NCBI RefSeq assembly: GCF_018350175.1
Contig: NC_058368.1
Span: 152,274,001-152,338,000, forward strand
Reading direction: 5' to 3'
DNA length: 64,000 bases
Origin: Felis catus
Taxonomy: Eukaryota
Every line of letters begins with the position of its first letter. Position 1 is the first letter of the stretch. The notes beneath the pieces were generated by a model. It did not search any database. It saw only the letters and a list, made by a program, of their open reading frames with translations, and had not been told where the DNA came from. Positions 1 to 14,780 of this stretch are shown piece by piece. Made by a program: the position numbers and the translations under genes.

Positions 1-2194
1 GTAACTTACTTATACTAAGTACCAATAACTTTAGAACACATATTACAGATGTCAGTGAAATTAAAAGTTGAGTCGGGTAGAACACAAAATTAATCTCTCC
101 ACCGTCCTCGTTAAATTTCAGTTCAATGGGGAATGCTGCCATTTCTTCCACAGGTTTTCCTGTTACACTCTTATTTTAGGCCAATACCGTCAGTACTCTG
201 AAGCAAGTACTCTCAGATCCTAAGCAAATAGCATTATATTACCAAGAAGCAGGGTGTTTAATTGTTTCTAATTTTTCTACACAATTATTGCTTTGGTGTG
301 AACCATCACAGATTGTTTCAAAACAGACCCCGGGTGACTACTCAGCAAAAGTCAATAGGCAAAGCAGAGGCCTAAAGTTTTCTCTTGGGGCATCTCTGCA
401 GTAAATTGTGTTCCTTACACCAACTTTCAACTACCTAATTTTTCAAATCTTGCTGGAATAACAAGTGGCAAATTAGTGGATCTGTCACATGAATGCTATT
501 TGCAATTTACTTGTAGTACACCCTTACTTCACATTCAGGTTTTGTCTTGATGTAATTGACTTAACAAGCAAGTATTTATCACACTTACTGCTCGAAAACA
601 TTAATTACCTTTGATCTTGCTGAACCTCACACCTACTTATTTTTAAGAAAATTTGACCAGGTTAAAAAGTTACTTAGATAATTACAACTCATTGTGTATT
701 AGCAATTCCTCAGTATAGAATGTTGCATCCTTCGGAGTGCCACAGACCTATTCAAACGTATTCAGAAACTTGAGGCAAAATATATTTATTACTCAATAGT
801 AAATTACAATATTCCAGAAGAAACTGAGCTGTACAATGAAAATAACTTCAATAGTTATACCTTTTTAAAACTGATGAAGCTGAAGTATTTTAGAGTGCAA
901 TACCATGTGTCTGTGTTAATGTGGCCAAGGTCCTGACGGAGAGATGCAACACATCCCTCTTTATTAAAAAATAATAATAATAAAATAAAGACATGTGATC
1001 TTCAGTTTCCAGGAGAATAAAGATTTTATGTCTTAGGTACAAGATTCATTGCTGATGAAAAAAAGTTAAAAGTCGTTTCAGATGTTAGAAGTGTTCTGAA
1101 CACAAATCACACAGTGCATAGCATTTAATTACTTCATTTAAAAATTCTCAGGATGTCCAAAATCGATTCTGTGCATACATAATTGTATGTTCAATGGAGT
1201 CGTGGTCTAAGCACATTTAACTTATGCCAAATTAATAATATGCATTTAACAAGTTAAAAAATAAGGAGGGCAGGCGATTCTCCTCACTAAAAAGAGGAGG
1301 CTTTCACACTAAAAGAGCCTACAGTCTGGGATGTTAGAAATGGGAGATGTGGCTTCGTGTCCCCTCAGTCATCACAGTTTTCATACATGTCTCTCATAAC
1401 CTTAGCATCCTATCAGGCTGAGTATGAGTCTGGGGTTTCATACTATGCATTTTGAGGTTAGTGTGTCCTATCAACAAGTTAGCTAGTCATCTGTTTCTCA
1501 ACTAAGGGAAGAGCAGTTTTTTAAAGACGAGGAGGAAAATATGGGTATTTCGGATTCAGTGAGACAATAGATCATGTCTATCCCCCATGTAACAACTTCT
1601 TAAGGGAATTATAGTGTTATTTTGACTCTGTGCAATTTTTGCCCCTCTTGTTTATTTAAGAAGTTGATCTACATATAAAAGAAGAGTCCACTGTACCTAA
1701 AACTCATTGCAGCCATCTATCATCACATGTTCATACCCAAGTTATCTCAATAGTGCCAAGAGACACTTTACCTCAGTGCAAAGTAGATTATATTTGCATA
1801 TTTATAACTGACATGGAAGCGGCAAATACCCATAATGCACGGCATACTCATAATGCAGCTTGATTTAAATATGTAAATACTAATAAACATGAATATTTAA
1901 ATCTCAGTGAAGAATTCACATAGAAGTAGAGCACATCCAGAATGTAACTTGATATTTGCCTAATATTATAGCACAAACAAAAAGTTAAGGCTACCAATTG
2001 GAGATGCCTAGTAAACAAGCCTATCTCCACCACACCGAAAAAGCCTGAGTAGGTCTAATCTGAGTAGCATTCTAGCCAGGAGATTCTCTAGGACTGAAGA
2101 CAGTGGATAATTCCATCAGAATACTTCCTGGAAATATCAAACTTTCTTCTCTAGCATTCTTAACGTAGATGAAACCCAAATGTGGTTAAAAAAC

Positions 2195-3060
2195 AATTCA
2201 CAAATATTTACTGAGTCCCTACCATGTATAAGAAACTGTCCTGGTTACCACAGGAAATTTAAGATATTTTTGCAAGAATTCTAACTATCCACTTGGAAAC
2301 AAAATCATATCCACGTGAAAAGTTATAAGTAAATTGTAGGATAGTTAGAAGTCTAAGTGCAATAATCTAAGGAAAAAGTGGTGATGGCCCAGAGCAGGAT
2401 AGTAAACCGGGAATGATGAAGGGAGCTTTTAGAGACACTTAAGAACTAGCAAGTAACTCCAATTGAAGTGTGAGGAGTCAAAGTGGTAGATGGCAATAAC
2501 ATTAACCAAGGCAGAGAATACAGGAACAAGAAAAGGTTTAGGTTGGGAAAGATAACACTTTTTTTTAACTTTGTTGTTTGGGGCTTTGTTTCTTAAAATG
2601 GAGATTGGGGGGCTTTTTAAAGGACTATTTTGTAGGAGGTTGTGGATCATCTGTCTCAAGCAATATACAAGGTTCTACTGACCTGTATAGATGACTGTCA
2701 CTGATCTGTCACAAACACTGTTATATAGATAATTATTCAATCAGTGGAAATAAATGAAATATCCAATGAGTGTATAGACAGTATAGAGAAAGAATTGAAT
2801 CTAGTGGTGTCCACATTACGAGCTCACAGCAGGAATAAAAATGGTGAGATGGGAGTAAAGAAAAACTTGTGGAATAAGGAACTGGTGAATTCAGAGAAAA
2901 GGAGAGTTTCAAGAAAAGAGGGCTCAGCCATTTCTGTCTGCTATTATGTTGAGGTCAAAGAAGATAAGAACAGAAAATATACTGGCATTTATTTTAGTAA
3001 TTAGGTCACTTGTACCTTTGAGAAGATAAGAAAGGAGCAGGGGAGAAAGCCATATTTTAT
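2195..3060 (-). mobile_element. L2 LINE fragments (degraded)
   Basis: Reverse-complement L2 3' end (ttcacaaatatttactgag) followed by L2-like purine-rich body pieces (gaggtcaaagaagataagaacagaaaa...). Confidence 0.55.
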
Positions 3061-6039
3061 GCTAACAAGATGGAATTGAGGGTTAAAAAACGGTGTTAGA
3101 ACTCTACCAATCATCCAAACAAGAAAGGAGAGATATCAGATGGTCACAACAAGTTAAGAAATACATTTTTCAAAGTAGGGTAAAACCTTCCAGTAAGAGA
3201 TGATCACAAAACCCACAGTGTCTCTTAAGAGCATAATTTCTTCAAACCTCTTCCCCTCCTTCCAAACTCTCCCTCACACACACTATCACCCCCCACCAGA
3301 GCCATGCTTTTCTATTGGAGGCATGCCAAAGTTTGACATGTTAAGTGAATGTCACATCTGTCTCAGTACATGAAGATGGCCGAGGTTCCATCTAGCCTTT
3401 CTTAGAGTTCATCTTCATGAATACATGGAAAAGCTGTTCCCGTTAATCTAAGAACAGAACGTGTGTGCTAGGATGCAAGTTCTTCTTGGTTTAGTAGAAA
3501 ATGCAAACTCTAACATGGGGGCTAGTTCCATCTTGAAATGTTGTTGAAGAAACATGATACTAAATCATGTATCCAGATAGTACAGCCCCAGGACCATCTC
3601 TGACCATGAATATTGCCTATGTAGAACTAGTCAGCAGAAACTAGTAAGTAGGAGAAAAGTGAAAGTTCAGTTCTTAACCATCATTGTGTACCTGGGATCT
3701 AACACAATACCTAGCATGGAGCTTCAATTACTTTTTGTTAGATTGAACAACATTTTCTAAACATTTATCCATTCTAAAATTACTCTATCGAACAACTTGT
3801 GGTAGGGACAAAAACATAAGACGAGGACACAAAAGGTTAGGGTTTCAGGCCTGCTCTGGAACTTTTTGATAAGTCTTTTATCTCTAATAGTTCTCCCACC
3901 TGTATTCCCATTCTGCCATACTTCACAGGTTTTAGAGGGGCACACATGAAAAAATACACGTGAAAGTGCTTGGTATATTTTTCTATACTATACAAATATT
4001 AAGGCACTTTTTATTGTTACTATTAATATATCATTTAATGTGATCAGATGTTGACATAAAATGTGCATTTTTTTCTGAGTTGGTTTTGCTACAAGTCTTA
4101 TTTTATTCTTATTTACTCCTGTTTATCTAATCCCTGTTTGAAATCTGCTAAACTATTTGCCTATTTATCAGGGTGGCCCTAATTTGGAATACAGAGACTA
4201 ATGGCATTGGAAAATTGCACTGAAAGGAGTCACCCATGTATTATGATAGATCATAAATATGGATGACTAGAAAGTAAGATGCTTCGCTTAAGATGCAAAT
4301 TAGCAGAGAATGAGATGCAGTGAGTTGTGCACCAGAGATTCAAATCCTGATGGAGAAGTCCCTGTAGGGTCACCGACAAAAAGCAGGTTTCTGCTGTCAC
4401 TCCCCAGCGAGGCTGTAGACACTCCCTGGGCTTGTCATGCAACACTAATTGAACAGGATACCAATAGGAGAGAAAGTGTGCCAGCCCCATCCCTGAGTGC
4501 GTAGCCACTAAGTCAAGTCTAGGGAAACACTCCTTGCAAAAAGCACACAGACACAAAACTACAACCTAGCAATCCACAGCCAGGCCAATCCTAGCAGCAG
4601 AGGGACTGAGAAATGAGGAAGGCAGAAAGGGAGAAACAGAAGCTTTGCAGGAAAAGCAAACAGTCATAATGAAGATAAACGGTTCTCCAGGGAACTATCA
4701 CACTCTGTAATCCAAACACTCTTCCTTGCCCTCCTATAACTTGCAAAGTTTATCCCCTAAGTCCCCCATCCTGCCACTCTCCCGGATGAGATTCAGATGA
4801 TGAGATTCCTGGTGTGATATATCAGACAACAGAGGTTTGGAGTATGTTCATTCATGTAGGGATGGTAAGAGTGTATGAATATGTAACCTTGAGTATGGCC
4901 AATAGCAGTAAGAGGGAGAAAATTAAAAGTCAAAGAGAAAGAAGATCAGCATGTAAAATACAAAATGTCTGCTAGAAAAGTCTTTAATACAGGCAGAAGG
5001 TAACCAGAAGCATAGATTAATTGGTATGTACTTGAGTTGCCTACTTTTTGGTGCTCTGTTAGTCCCCAAACCTTCTCTCTACTGCCTGTGTTTTGAATCT
5101 CTTCTCAGAACTGACATTATAATCCAAATATGTCGTGTTCTTTGTGGCATTAGTGGGAGAAGAAAAGACCAAGGGAAAGAGGATATATGAGAAAATAAAA
5201 ATGGGAACAGAAAGTAAGAAGGAATATGAGTGAATAAAAAAACCAGGGTTCCATTGTCATGATTCCAGTCACCTAAGCACCTTTCACCAATTCTAAAACA
5301 TATGCAAGGCCACATTCATCAGAGCCACAGCCTCGGGAACACCAGACTGGGAAACGTGCCTCTCTCAAGTCTGTCTTAAATGACCATCTTCCCAGAAACA
5401 TCATCTGTTAAACCGAACTGCAAATTTCTCAAAAGCAGGTCACTGATCCTTTCTGCTTCTGGTCACAAGACGAAGTCTTAAAAGGAACTGCCTCTCTCCA
5501 AACACAGGAACTTGGGATTTTAAAAAGCCAAGAAAGGAAGATAAACAAAAACACATTTAGAGCTTCTATTCACTTAGTGAATCATATTTCACAAACAACT
5601 TGAGTATCCATTTAATAAAGGAAAAAATTACTATCAAGAAAATTTGTAATTTACCCAAATCATATTTAACACAAATAAATTCAAAGCATTTCAAATCCAA
5701 TAGCCAAATAATTATTTTAAATACATGAATGGATATATCAAATGATATATCCATTAAGAGATCTTTATTGAGACTCAGCTATAACAAGCTTCAGTAAATC
5801 AGTCTTGCCATCAAGGACGCCATCTTTAATAACTATAATCTGGGCATGGGGGTAGGTTGTGGGGGGGTCCCTATTAAGCCAAGATACCTGCTATAACATC
5901 ATATGCAATATAACTCAGAGTCTATAACAACATGGGGAAGAAGTGGCAAGCCACAGAGCAAAATAACTTGAGTGTGATCCCCATGTGAGAAGCTATCAAC
6001 AACAGCTACAGATCATATATCAAAGAAGGACAAATGGTA

Positions 6040-6235
6040 AAAATAATAACTAACATTTATTGAGCTCTCACTATTTGTCAGGCACTACATATTATCTTTT
6101 AATTCTTACTATAATATCATGAGATAAGCATTATAATTAAGCAACTGAGCTCAAAGAAATTAATTTGCTCAAGGCCACACAGTGAATAACTGGGCAGATT
6201 TTGAACCCAGAAACTTGACATCAGAGCTTCTACTA
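6040..6235 (-). mobile_element. MIR SINE
   Basis: taacatttattgagc...actgagctcaaagaaattaatttgctcaaggccacacag...tttgaacccag matches the reverse MIR core. Confidence 0.75.
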
Positions 6236-6530
6236 ACCCCAATGTCAGACAGCCACAGGCTCATCCTCAACCCTGCCCCTCTATGTACTTCTATCATCTA
6301 CTCTTCTACATGGATCTCTCATTCTTTCTCCTGAGTGTCCTTCCTTCTCTGAGACTACTTTTGTCTCCATTAATTTCTCCCTCTTTTTTTAACATTTCTC
6401 TTTTCTATCCTTCTTTTTCCTTCTCCTCCTCCTCTCCCTCCTCTTCCTCTACACCTCTCTTGTTCTCTAAATCAAATTAAATATGGCATTCAAATAAGTT
6501 CCTAAAATGATGACTATTTTATATCCCATG

Positions 6531-6744
6531 GTTTTTTTTTAATTTTTTATTTATTTATTTTGAGAGAGAGGGAGAGTGAGCAAGCATGAGCAGGGGAAGG
6601 GCAGAGAGGGAGAGAGAGTCCCGAGAAGGCTCCATGCTGTCAGCACACAGCCCAGTGCAGAGCTCAATCCCACAACCCTGAGATCATGACCTGAGCCAAA
6701 ATCAAGAGTCAGACACTTAACCAACTGAGCCACCCAGGGGCCCC
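6531..6744 (-). mobile_element. Can-SINE (SINEC)
   Basis: Poly-T, (GA)n, tRNA-derived head ending ctgagccacccagggg; TSD tatatcccat at 6520-6529 and 6746-6755. Confidence 0.95.
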
Positions 6745-6942
6745 ATATATCCCATACTTTTAATTCAAAATGCATATTGGCAGTACAGCAAAAGGAGGTA
6801 CCCTTTTATATTTCTAGGTTCCTTCCTCCCAAAAGAAAATGTTAAAAATAAGTAGCTTTCTACTTCTTTGTGGCCCTTGGATGATCTGTTTCTTGAATCA
6901 AGACTTACTTACATCAAAAGGTTTCACACTATCTACCATTGA

Positions 6943-7314
6943 TGCTGTACAGTGAATTGTGCCCTTCCCAAAATATGTATGTTGAAGCACTGGACCCCAT
7001 GTGACTGTATTGGAAGTAGGGTTTTAGGAGTGATTACGGTTAAAGGAAGTCATAAGGGTAGAACCTTGATCCCACAGAACTAGTGTCTTTGTAAAGGAAG
7101 AAGACATACCACAGATCACTCTCTTTGCACCACATAAGGACATTGGGAGAAGAAGGTGGCTGTCTGCAAGCCAGGAAGAGAGCTCTCACTAGGAACCAAA
7201 TCAACTGGCACCTTGGTCCTGGACTTCCCAGAACCTAGAACTGTGAGAAATAATTTTTTTGTTGCTTAAGCTACCCAGTCTATGGTATTTGTTATGGCAG
7301 CCTAAGCTAATACA
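6943..7314 (+). mobile_element. MaLR solo LTR (MLT1B/C-like)
   Basis: TG...CA ends; MLT1 motifs (tctgcaagccaggaagagag, ggacttcccag, tatggtatttgttatggcagc); 5-bp TSD attga/attgg. Confidence 0.85.
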
Positions 7315-7586
7315 ATTGGTCTTAAAAATATGGCTTTCTTTATGCAAAAATTTCATAGTTTAAATTGTTAACACTATGATTTCAATATGGGTATTCACCT
7401 CATTAGTAAACAGCTTACTGAGTCTTGGTTAAGATGTTTCTTGGACAAAGAAGAAATATATTCCTAAAATGTTTATAAAACATCGATTGTTTAAATCACA
7501 TCCAAGATTTACTGGGCCATTTAGGATAGAAAAACATTTCCTCAAAAGCCAAGAGATTTTTGACAGATGTAACCTTGATCCTTCCT

Positions 7587-7655
<69 letters not shown>
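7587..7655 (+). repeat. (GAAA)n tetranucleotide microsatellite, ~17 units
   Basis: Perfect tandem array read directly. Confidence 0.97.
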
Positions 7656-7656
<1 letters not shown>

Positions 7657-8326
7657 GGGAGGCCCCTAAATTGATATACATGAGTGTGAAATTTGGTGAC
7701 ATGTTGTTGTGTTATTTTATTCAATATCCAATAGATGACTCTGCTACCAATTCCATCCATATATTATAAAAGAAAAATAAACCATTCATCCAACTATCAG
7801 GTCCAGAAACTGGAAACAACTTAACACAAGAAAAATACTTTTTCAAATTCTCTTTCTTCTCCATGCTAACAGCAGTGTGAGTTCTATTGCTATGCAGCAG
7901 TCACTTGAGCTGTTGAAACATCAAACAATATTAAGAAAATATCAGTAATTTTCATTAGTTCTCCACCGGGAACCTTTGGCTTCACCAAAAAGGGTATATG
8001 AGTTGCTTAATGGCCAAATGGCAAAGAAAACGGTACAGAGAATACCTCCACCAACATCCCCTTCTAGGTTTCCTGAAACTTCAACAAAATACAATTTGAC
8101 GGCCTCTTGGATGACCTCTGAGAGGTGGAGAGTCACTGTGAATTCCTACCTCTTCTTCCTGTGAAATAAGCTGAGAAATTTCAGAAGAGGAGGCCTTGTA
8201 GCTGAGCCTGACTCAGACATGCTTTTTCTGATTCAGCCATAGCTTTGTTTGGAAACCTGTACGTCATGGCCTTGGCGGGCCCCCAAGCTTCCTCCTATGC
8301 AGTCTGCTATTTTTCCTCTAGCTTAC

Positions 8327-8427
8327 CCAGAATAGCTGGGCAGAGATTTAGTACAGTTGGTATGCGGTGTTTATAGGCCAAAGTGTTGTCAAGTTTCTTT
8401 CTGTGGGCAAGCAGAGGTTCTTGAAGA
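8327..8427 (-). other. Candidate exon (101 nt)
   Basis: Minus strand: cctttccttttgttcttgccag|...tgg|gtaagc. One frame is open (LQEPLLAHRKKLDNTLAYKHRIPTVLNLCPAIL) but I do not recognise the peptide. Confidence 0.25.
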
Positions 8428-10179
8428 CTGGCAAGAACAAAAGGAAAGGTGCTTCTGGCCTTCTGGTTTTGTTTCCTGGAAGAATTAGAGATCCACTTTC
8501 TCTCTTCCAAACAACCTCAGGATTAGAAGAACTTTACCATGTTTAACCTCCTTCTTTATCTTCTTTATTCTCTGAAAAGTTGTTACCCCTTTATGAAACC
8601 CAAGTGCTTGGGATTATGGTATACCATTAGTCATATATTTAAACATATTTATTACCTAGGATCCTGCACAGGCAAGACAGGTATAGAAATCTCCTTTTGG
8701 AGACTTTTCTAGTATATTATTTCTAAGTATTCTATTTTAAAATGCCAAGTCCAATATTTGGGAACAGAAATGCAAGGATTAAAGAAAATAGGTCCTATCC
8801 GAAGAAGAAAAGAAGAAATAGATTTGCTAACTTTTAACTATTCGATCCAGAAGCCTTGTTTCTTTCCCCTTACAATATTTACACCTTCACTTCCCAGTCT
8901 TACAAAAATGGAGACCCCAATTCTACACTTCAATCTCCTCTTTTCTGCTCAGTGTAGTTCAATAAAATGGAAGATGGTCCAGATCTTTCTCATCTGTCAT
9001 ATTCCCTTGGGTAAATTGCTATTCCTTTTGCAATTTCCTAGTCACACCATTGCTGTTCCATTAGGCCATGGTACAAATTAAGATTCATGTTGGTGACTTG
9101 ATTCAGGTTTTACTCTTTGAATGCCCAATTATAGATCAAGCATATGTCTCTGCCATGGAGAAAAAAAAGTCAGGAACAAAATCACAGATTACACTCAGGA
9201 AATCTTCCCACATAGAATCCCTGACTTCTTCCTGCAGCCACAAGAAAAGCCACTCATGGCTCTCAGCTGCTATTTCTCCTGGCTAAGGCAGGATTATGAA
9301 CCTTGGATCCCCTATGTACTCTTAAGGTCCCCTACTCCTAACCCCAATGCATCATTAAAAGTAAAACCCATACCAAACCATGAATGATTATATTATAGTT
9401 TTCAAAATTACACCAAACTCCTATGTATGCAAACACAAAATTACATTCTGCTTACATCTACTAATGTCCATTATGTATCTGTGTTTGCTTTGCTGGGCTC
9501 TTAAGTGCTGGGGTCTTGAGCATGACTGGGTAATGCAGCCATGCTTGAGACTCCTGGCTTGGGTGCTTCTTTCTTTACATTTGTATGAAATGACTGACCC
9601 AACCTGACACGGCTCATCCCTGTGGAGGATGTCCCATGGAAACAGAGAAAAATATCAGAGAGGATCAAATACCAATGTTTTGTCCAGCTGCCAATGTAAG
9701 ATCTCCCTAATAATAGGTTGGAGGCACCAGGAACACTAGATGTTTACATTTATTTTAAAAACACCAACTCCGAAAAAGAGTTCTTCTTGGCTCAGTACAC
9801 AAACATCTATTGTGAACCTTTCATCCCCAGAACTTTTTAAGCATTACCTCATTAATCTTCAAAGCAGCTACATAAGGCAAGTAGAACTATTTGCTCTGCA
9901 ATTTTCAATGTCCCACTTAAAATGGATAGGAGAGTGTGCAGTGACAACACTACCAAGGTAGGCTCCCAACAGTACAGACCACCATACAGAGAGATGGAAC
10001 CACACATGGAGCTTCACCTTCCCAAGTCTTTGCATCCATTTCCATCTCCCCAGAATACTTCCTATTTCCTTTAAGACTGTATCCCATCTATAGGAGCTTC
10101 CCATCATATCCTTGCCCCTAAGCTCCCATTCAAATATGCCCGTGTTACTGGAATCCCCATACCTTTGCCTTTGTTCCTT

Positions 10180-10332
10180 CTTTTTAAGTTTATTTATTTA
10201 TTTTGAGAGACACATGTGCATGAGCAGGAAAGGGGCAGAGAGACAGAAAGAGAGAGAATCCCAAGCAGACTCCTTGCTGACAGCAGAGAGCCTGATGCAG
10301 AGCTCGATCCCACAAAGCTACCCAGGCACCCC
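10180..10332 (-). mobile_element. Can-SINE with ~50-nt internal deletion
   Basis: cccacaaa joins directly to gctacccaggcacccc, lacking the gagatcatgacctgagc segment seen in the other copies; TSD ctttgccttt at 10163-10172 and 10334-10343. Confidence 0.9.
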
Positions 10333-10844
10333 TCTTTGCCTTTATACTGAGCAAGACTTAGTTAATCTAAAAAATGTCTTTGTGTTACACAGTCAGTATG
10401 TTATACATGTCAACCTTCTATTTATATTCTGACAGAGACCTTATGAAGATGTCTTAATACAAATATAATGAAAGGAATAATACTTTAAGCTGGAAGATCT
10501 GGTGAATATCTCCTACATGACATTAGACTCTTGTAGGTTTTACCTAATCATGGAGTCTGTGCAGTGAAAAGGTAAAGAGGGTAGACTGAAATGAAGTTTA
10601 ACCACCTCTCACTCTTCTTTATCATCTAAAAACTGTGTATGTGTGAGTGTGTGTGCAACTCTTTAAGACTAATACTTTCTAGGTCTCTACTTCTGCACTC
10701 TAACCTTCATCAATATATAGGTCATCTGTGTTTTCTTTTACCTTTAGACTTTAGATATTAGTTTGCATTTTAGAAATTCCATTTATTATTAGTGGAGGAA
10801 TACGTGATGCTTTGTGCTTTCATCTTTAAGAAAATGACCATCCA

Positions 10845-11063
10845 GGGGCATCTGGGTGGCTCAGTGAGTTGAGCATCTGATTTCAGCTCAGGTCATGATC
10901 TCATGGTTCATGAGTTTGAGCCCCACTTCAAGCTCTGTGCTGACAGCTGAGAGCCTGAAGCCTGCTTCAGATTATGTGTTTCCAACCCCTTTCCCCTCCC
11001 CAGCTCACACTCTGTCTCTCTCTTTCTCAAAACTAAATAAGAATATTTTAAAAATTAAAAAAA
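10845..11063 (+). mobile_element. Can-SINE (SINEC_Fc)
   Basis: ggggcatctgggtggctcag head, CT tract and A tail; degenerate TSD aagaaaatgaccatcca / aagaaaactgactatcta. Confidence 0.95.
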
Positions 11064-12989
11064 AGAAAACTGACTATCTAGAGCAGTTCTGGAATGATTA
11101 AAGGCATCAGAAATATTATTATATTTTTACTGTAACCATTTAGAAATATTAGCTTTGAGAGGCAAAAGAGAGTTATCTAATACTATTTATTGGTTTATGT
11201 GTGACTTCCTTCCTATTCTAAAAGAGCACTAGTTCAGTTTTATTAAATCTTCTCCATACTTACTGAGATTTCTTCTTAATGGTACAATTCCATTTTAATC
11301 ACCTGACCAGACACCATGGCTTGTCAAAGGCAGAATTTGCCTCCTAGTGTATTCAGAACACTTGTTGTATCCTTACTTAGATTACATCTCAGAAATTACA
11401 TTAGAGGCTAACATTTAATCTACATAATGACAGTTTTGTTGACATCCCAAGTCTCTCTATGCAATTTGCATACAAAGACACTCACTAATCCAGGAGGATT
11501 CCTCCAGGGACAGTTTGAGAGATAGCAAATTTTACATTAACCTAAGAAAAAGAATCAAGTCCCCACCAAGAGTAGACTTCTGGGAGAAATGAAATATAGC
11601 ATGAAAAATAGCTTCTCATTAGCTTTTCTACTGTTTAAAATTATACCTATAACACTTTTTCTCAGATGAAATTCTAAATTGGCTTCCATGTTTATATTCA
11701 GATGAATACATACGTCTCCAGTGCCCAGCACAGTGTCTGGCCTACAAAGATGCTCAGCAAAGTTTCACTGGAGAAAAAATGAGTAGACAAACACTCAAAT
11801 GTCAAATATTAATAATTTTTGGACTATCCTCTATTTTATATTACCCAAACCTCAGCTTTCTTCCATTAGAGGAACCGATCAGAAGTTGGCAATAGTTTAA
11901 TTATATTTGAGAAGATATACAAAATCATAAAATCTATGCTTGTAAAACACGAGCCAAAAAACATCTAACGGCCTAAGTATGGCCATTCTCAACTGCCCTT
12001 CATTTCCTTCTTAAGCGCCACTTAAATGTTCCCTTATTGCCAATTCCAGATATGTGTCTTAAATAAGTAATAAGATAATTAGCCCTGAAATATACACACT
12101 TAACAGACTAACAACAAAAATAATAGAAGACCTTGGGAAAAAAATAATGCATCCTAAAAAGAAATCATGAAAACCCAGTGGAGAGTGAAAAAAGCTGGCT
12201 ACAGGGCAGGACCAAATCAGATAAACATGTACTGCCGTCTCTATGATTTCACTTCAGCATGGAAATTTCTGGACACAGAAAGGATTGTCATGGAGATCAG
12301 AAGATCTGGGATCTGGCCTAAATGTAAAACTAACCAGCTCTGTGAGCCTCGGCATATGATAGCCTCCAGTCTGAATTGTGTTTTGTTTTGTTTTGTTTTG
12401 TTTTGTTGTTTCACTTCAGACACTGAGTAAGTATTTGACCCAACTTTCCTCATCTGTAAACATGATCATCTCAAAAGTCCTTTCTAAAACTAGCATGCAG
12501 TGATTCTAACATTTTAGATTTCAGTGGTGTGGAACAAGATACTAACTACAATTAGAAGAGGGTAAAATGTGAGGAAACTGCTTTCTGAAATTCATCTAAA
12601 TACTGGATCCACCCCCAAATCAACATGAAGACTTCCTATTTTCTCTAACACTTAAATGCCTTATGCCCAAAATGTGTTATTTCACACTGAAAGTCTGAAT
12701 ATTTTGAATTTTAAGAAATCACATGGGCTTGGCTTCGTGTTTGTACTTGCAGTGGATCCTCACATGAGAAACAGTATTGGAAGCCCTATCATAGTCTAGA
12801 AATCAACAGGATAGATTGGGCTAGATTGTTCCCTTAACTGCAGTTCTCTCACATCCCAGGGACATGTCTACACCAGCACCTCTAAAGCAATCCAAATTGA
12901 GATCTTCAAGTAGCCCAGTTGATTCAGCTGAGTACGACTAACCAGGTGCAGCCACCACCTAGAACCAGTTGGACATGACCATTCAGTAA

Positions 12990-13322
12990 CCATTTCTTGT
13001 GGTCCTCCTCTGTGCCTGGTACTATGTTAGGCAGTGAAGATTAGAGGCAAATATTACGTACCTTCTCCTCAAAGTTCATAGTCTAGCAGTTCATAAGCAG
13101 AAGTTAATAGAGAAATATAAACAATGATATGTGTGTTAGGATGGGATAAAGACAGAATGTACAATAGTACAAACGAGAGGCATCTAACAGTCTTTGGAGG
13201 TGAGAAGAGGTGATATCTGAGATCTGAAAGTCAACTGGAGTAGGATAAAGTGAAAAGACCATCAGGAAGAGTGGCCTTTCTGGTAGAACAAGAAGTCCAA
13301 TGTTGGCCAGCAACAGACAATG
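12990..13322 (-). mobile_element. L2 fragment
   Basis: tgtgcctggtactatgttaggc...aaagttcatagtctag...gaggtgatatctgagatctgaa, the reverse L2 3' region. Confidence 0.6.
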
Positions 13323-13324
13323 GA

Positions 13325-13503
13325 GCAGTGTTTCTCTCTGCCCACCTGCAGAGTCCCACCTAGGGGAGCTTCTAAACATGCAGATTTCTAGGCTCCTCTG
13401 CACCCTGACTAAATCAAGAGTCTCTTGGGGATGTGGCCCAGAGATCTGATTATAAAAGTTCATCAAGTGAGTCTGATGAAAGTTGAGGTTTAAGAATCAC
13501 TGC
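13325..13503. mobile_element. MER5-like hAT-Charlie DNA transposon
   Basis: cagtgtttctc...tttaagaatcactg TIR-like ends; internal actaaatcaagagtctct. Confidence 0.7.
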
Positions 13504-14559
13504 AATACCAAGTAGCCTCTTCATGCATGTGGCTGCCAACATCTAAGAGCTGAAAATAGTCACATATATGTACAGGAAGATAGTCAACAACAGAGAATCA
13601 TGAGTGGGTTCCAGCCACCAGGTTGAATTTTGGAACAGATTCAAGTTATGTAAAAAAAGGGATTGTGGTCCTGGACAAATTACCAAGCCAGGATTCCACC
13701 ACAGAAGAAAATGCCAGGATTTGGGGACCAGAACTAGAAGACAGAGTAGGACCAAGTTACAGGAGTAAAGGGAAAGTTTAAAAGATAACTAGCTCTTAAG
13801 ACCAGAGATAAACTGACAGCATGGGTGATCTCCTGAGTGCCAGAATGTTGGGCCAGGTCTGTGTCCAGGAGCCGACTGAACTCTGATGGTATAAGAAGAT
13901 AGTGTCTGAGTCTGATAAATCAGGCAGACCCATATATACTCTGGGAAGAGATGACAGGGTGTGGTGTACCAGCTTATAACTTAGTATTCTAATACTCTTC
14001 ATTGTATTCATTGAAACTTATTATGCCCTATTTTCATTCTCAGTGCTGGTAGACACATGGCTCTCATTATTTCAACATCCATATTCTTTATAATTAAGTA
14101 GAATCTGTTCATATTCCTAACCAGACCTAAATGTCAAACTAAGGTATCCTCCAACAGGATTAGAGACCCACTTTTTTGATATTTGAGATCAATACAAGTT
14201 TGTGATTGTAATTTGGAATCACTGATCAATGCTGGACTTTCTAGTGCAAAACAATCAAAAATCCTTTTGCTGAAAGCATTTTTCTGACTTAATCTGCATT
14301 TAGAGGGTAATTAACTTCACTTGTTGTCCCTAAATGATTAGCACAGTTTCTGCAGGTCACAGGATCAGTGGAAGGAACTATGAGCAATACTGAACAAAAA
14401 GCCCAAGCTGTGTCCTGTTATATTAATGAACCCAACACTGGTATTCATGCCCTTGGTATAACAGACTGGCTGACATTCAACCACTTCCAGTACTTATGGT
14501 AGTTCTAGTCAAAAGGTGTACAAAAGCCTCTTCAACCAGGTTTTTTTGAATAAGAAAAC

Positions 14560-14780
14560 AAAGTGTAATATATGGCATGGGCTCTGGAATCAGAAAAATC
14601 TGATTTAATGTCACCTTATGTTAATTTGTGTAAACTTGGGCAAGTTATTTATCTCTGAGATGCTTATCTGTAAAATGACAGTATTAATACTACCTGGCTC
14701 TGTAGCTCATTGAACTGCTTTAGAGATTGAGATAACTATGTAAAGCTTTCAGAAGAGCACATGGTCAGTTAATGGCTATC
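14560..14780 (+). mobile_element. MIR SINE
   Basis: gggctctggaatcaga...cttgggcaagttattt...atctgtaaaatg, the MIR core. Confidence 0.75.

Noticed and set aside
7496..7769. ORFs with SFFL or KERK repeats
   Set aside because: Translations of the (GAAA)n microsatellite.
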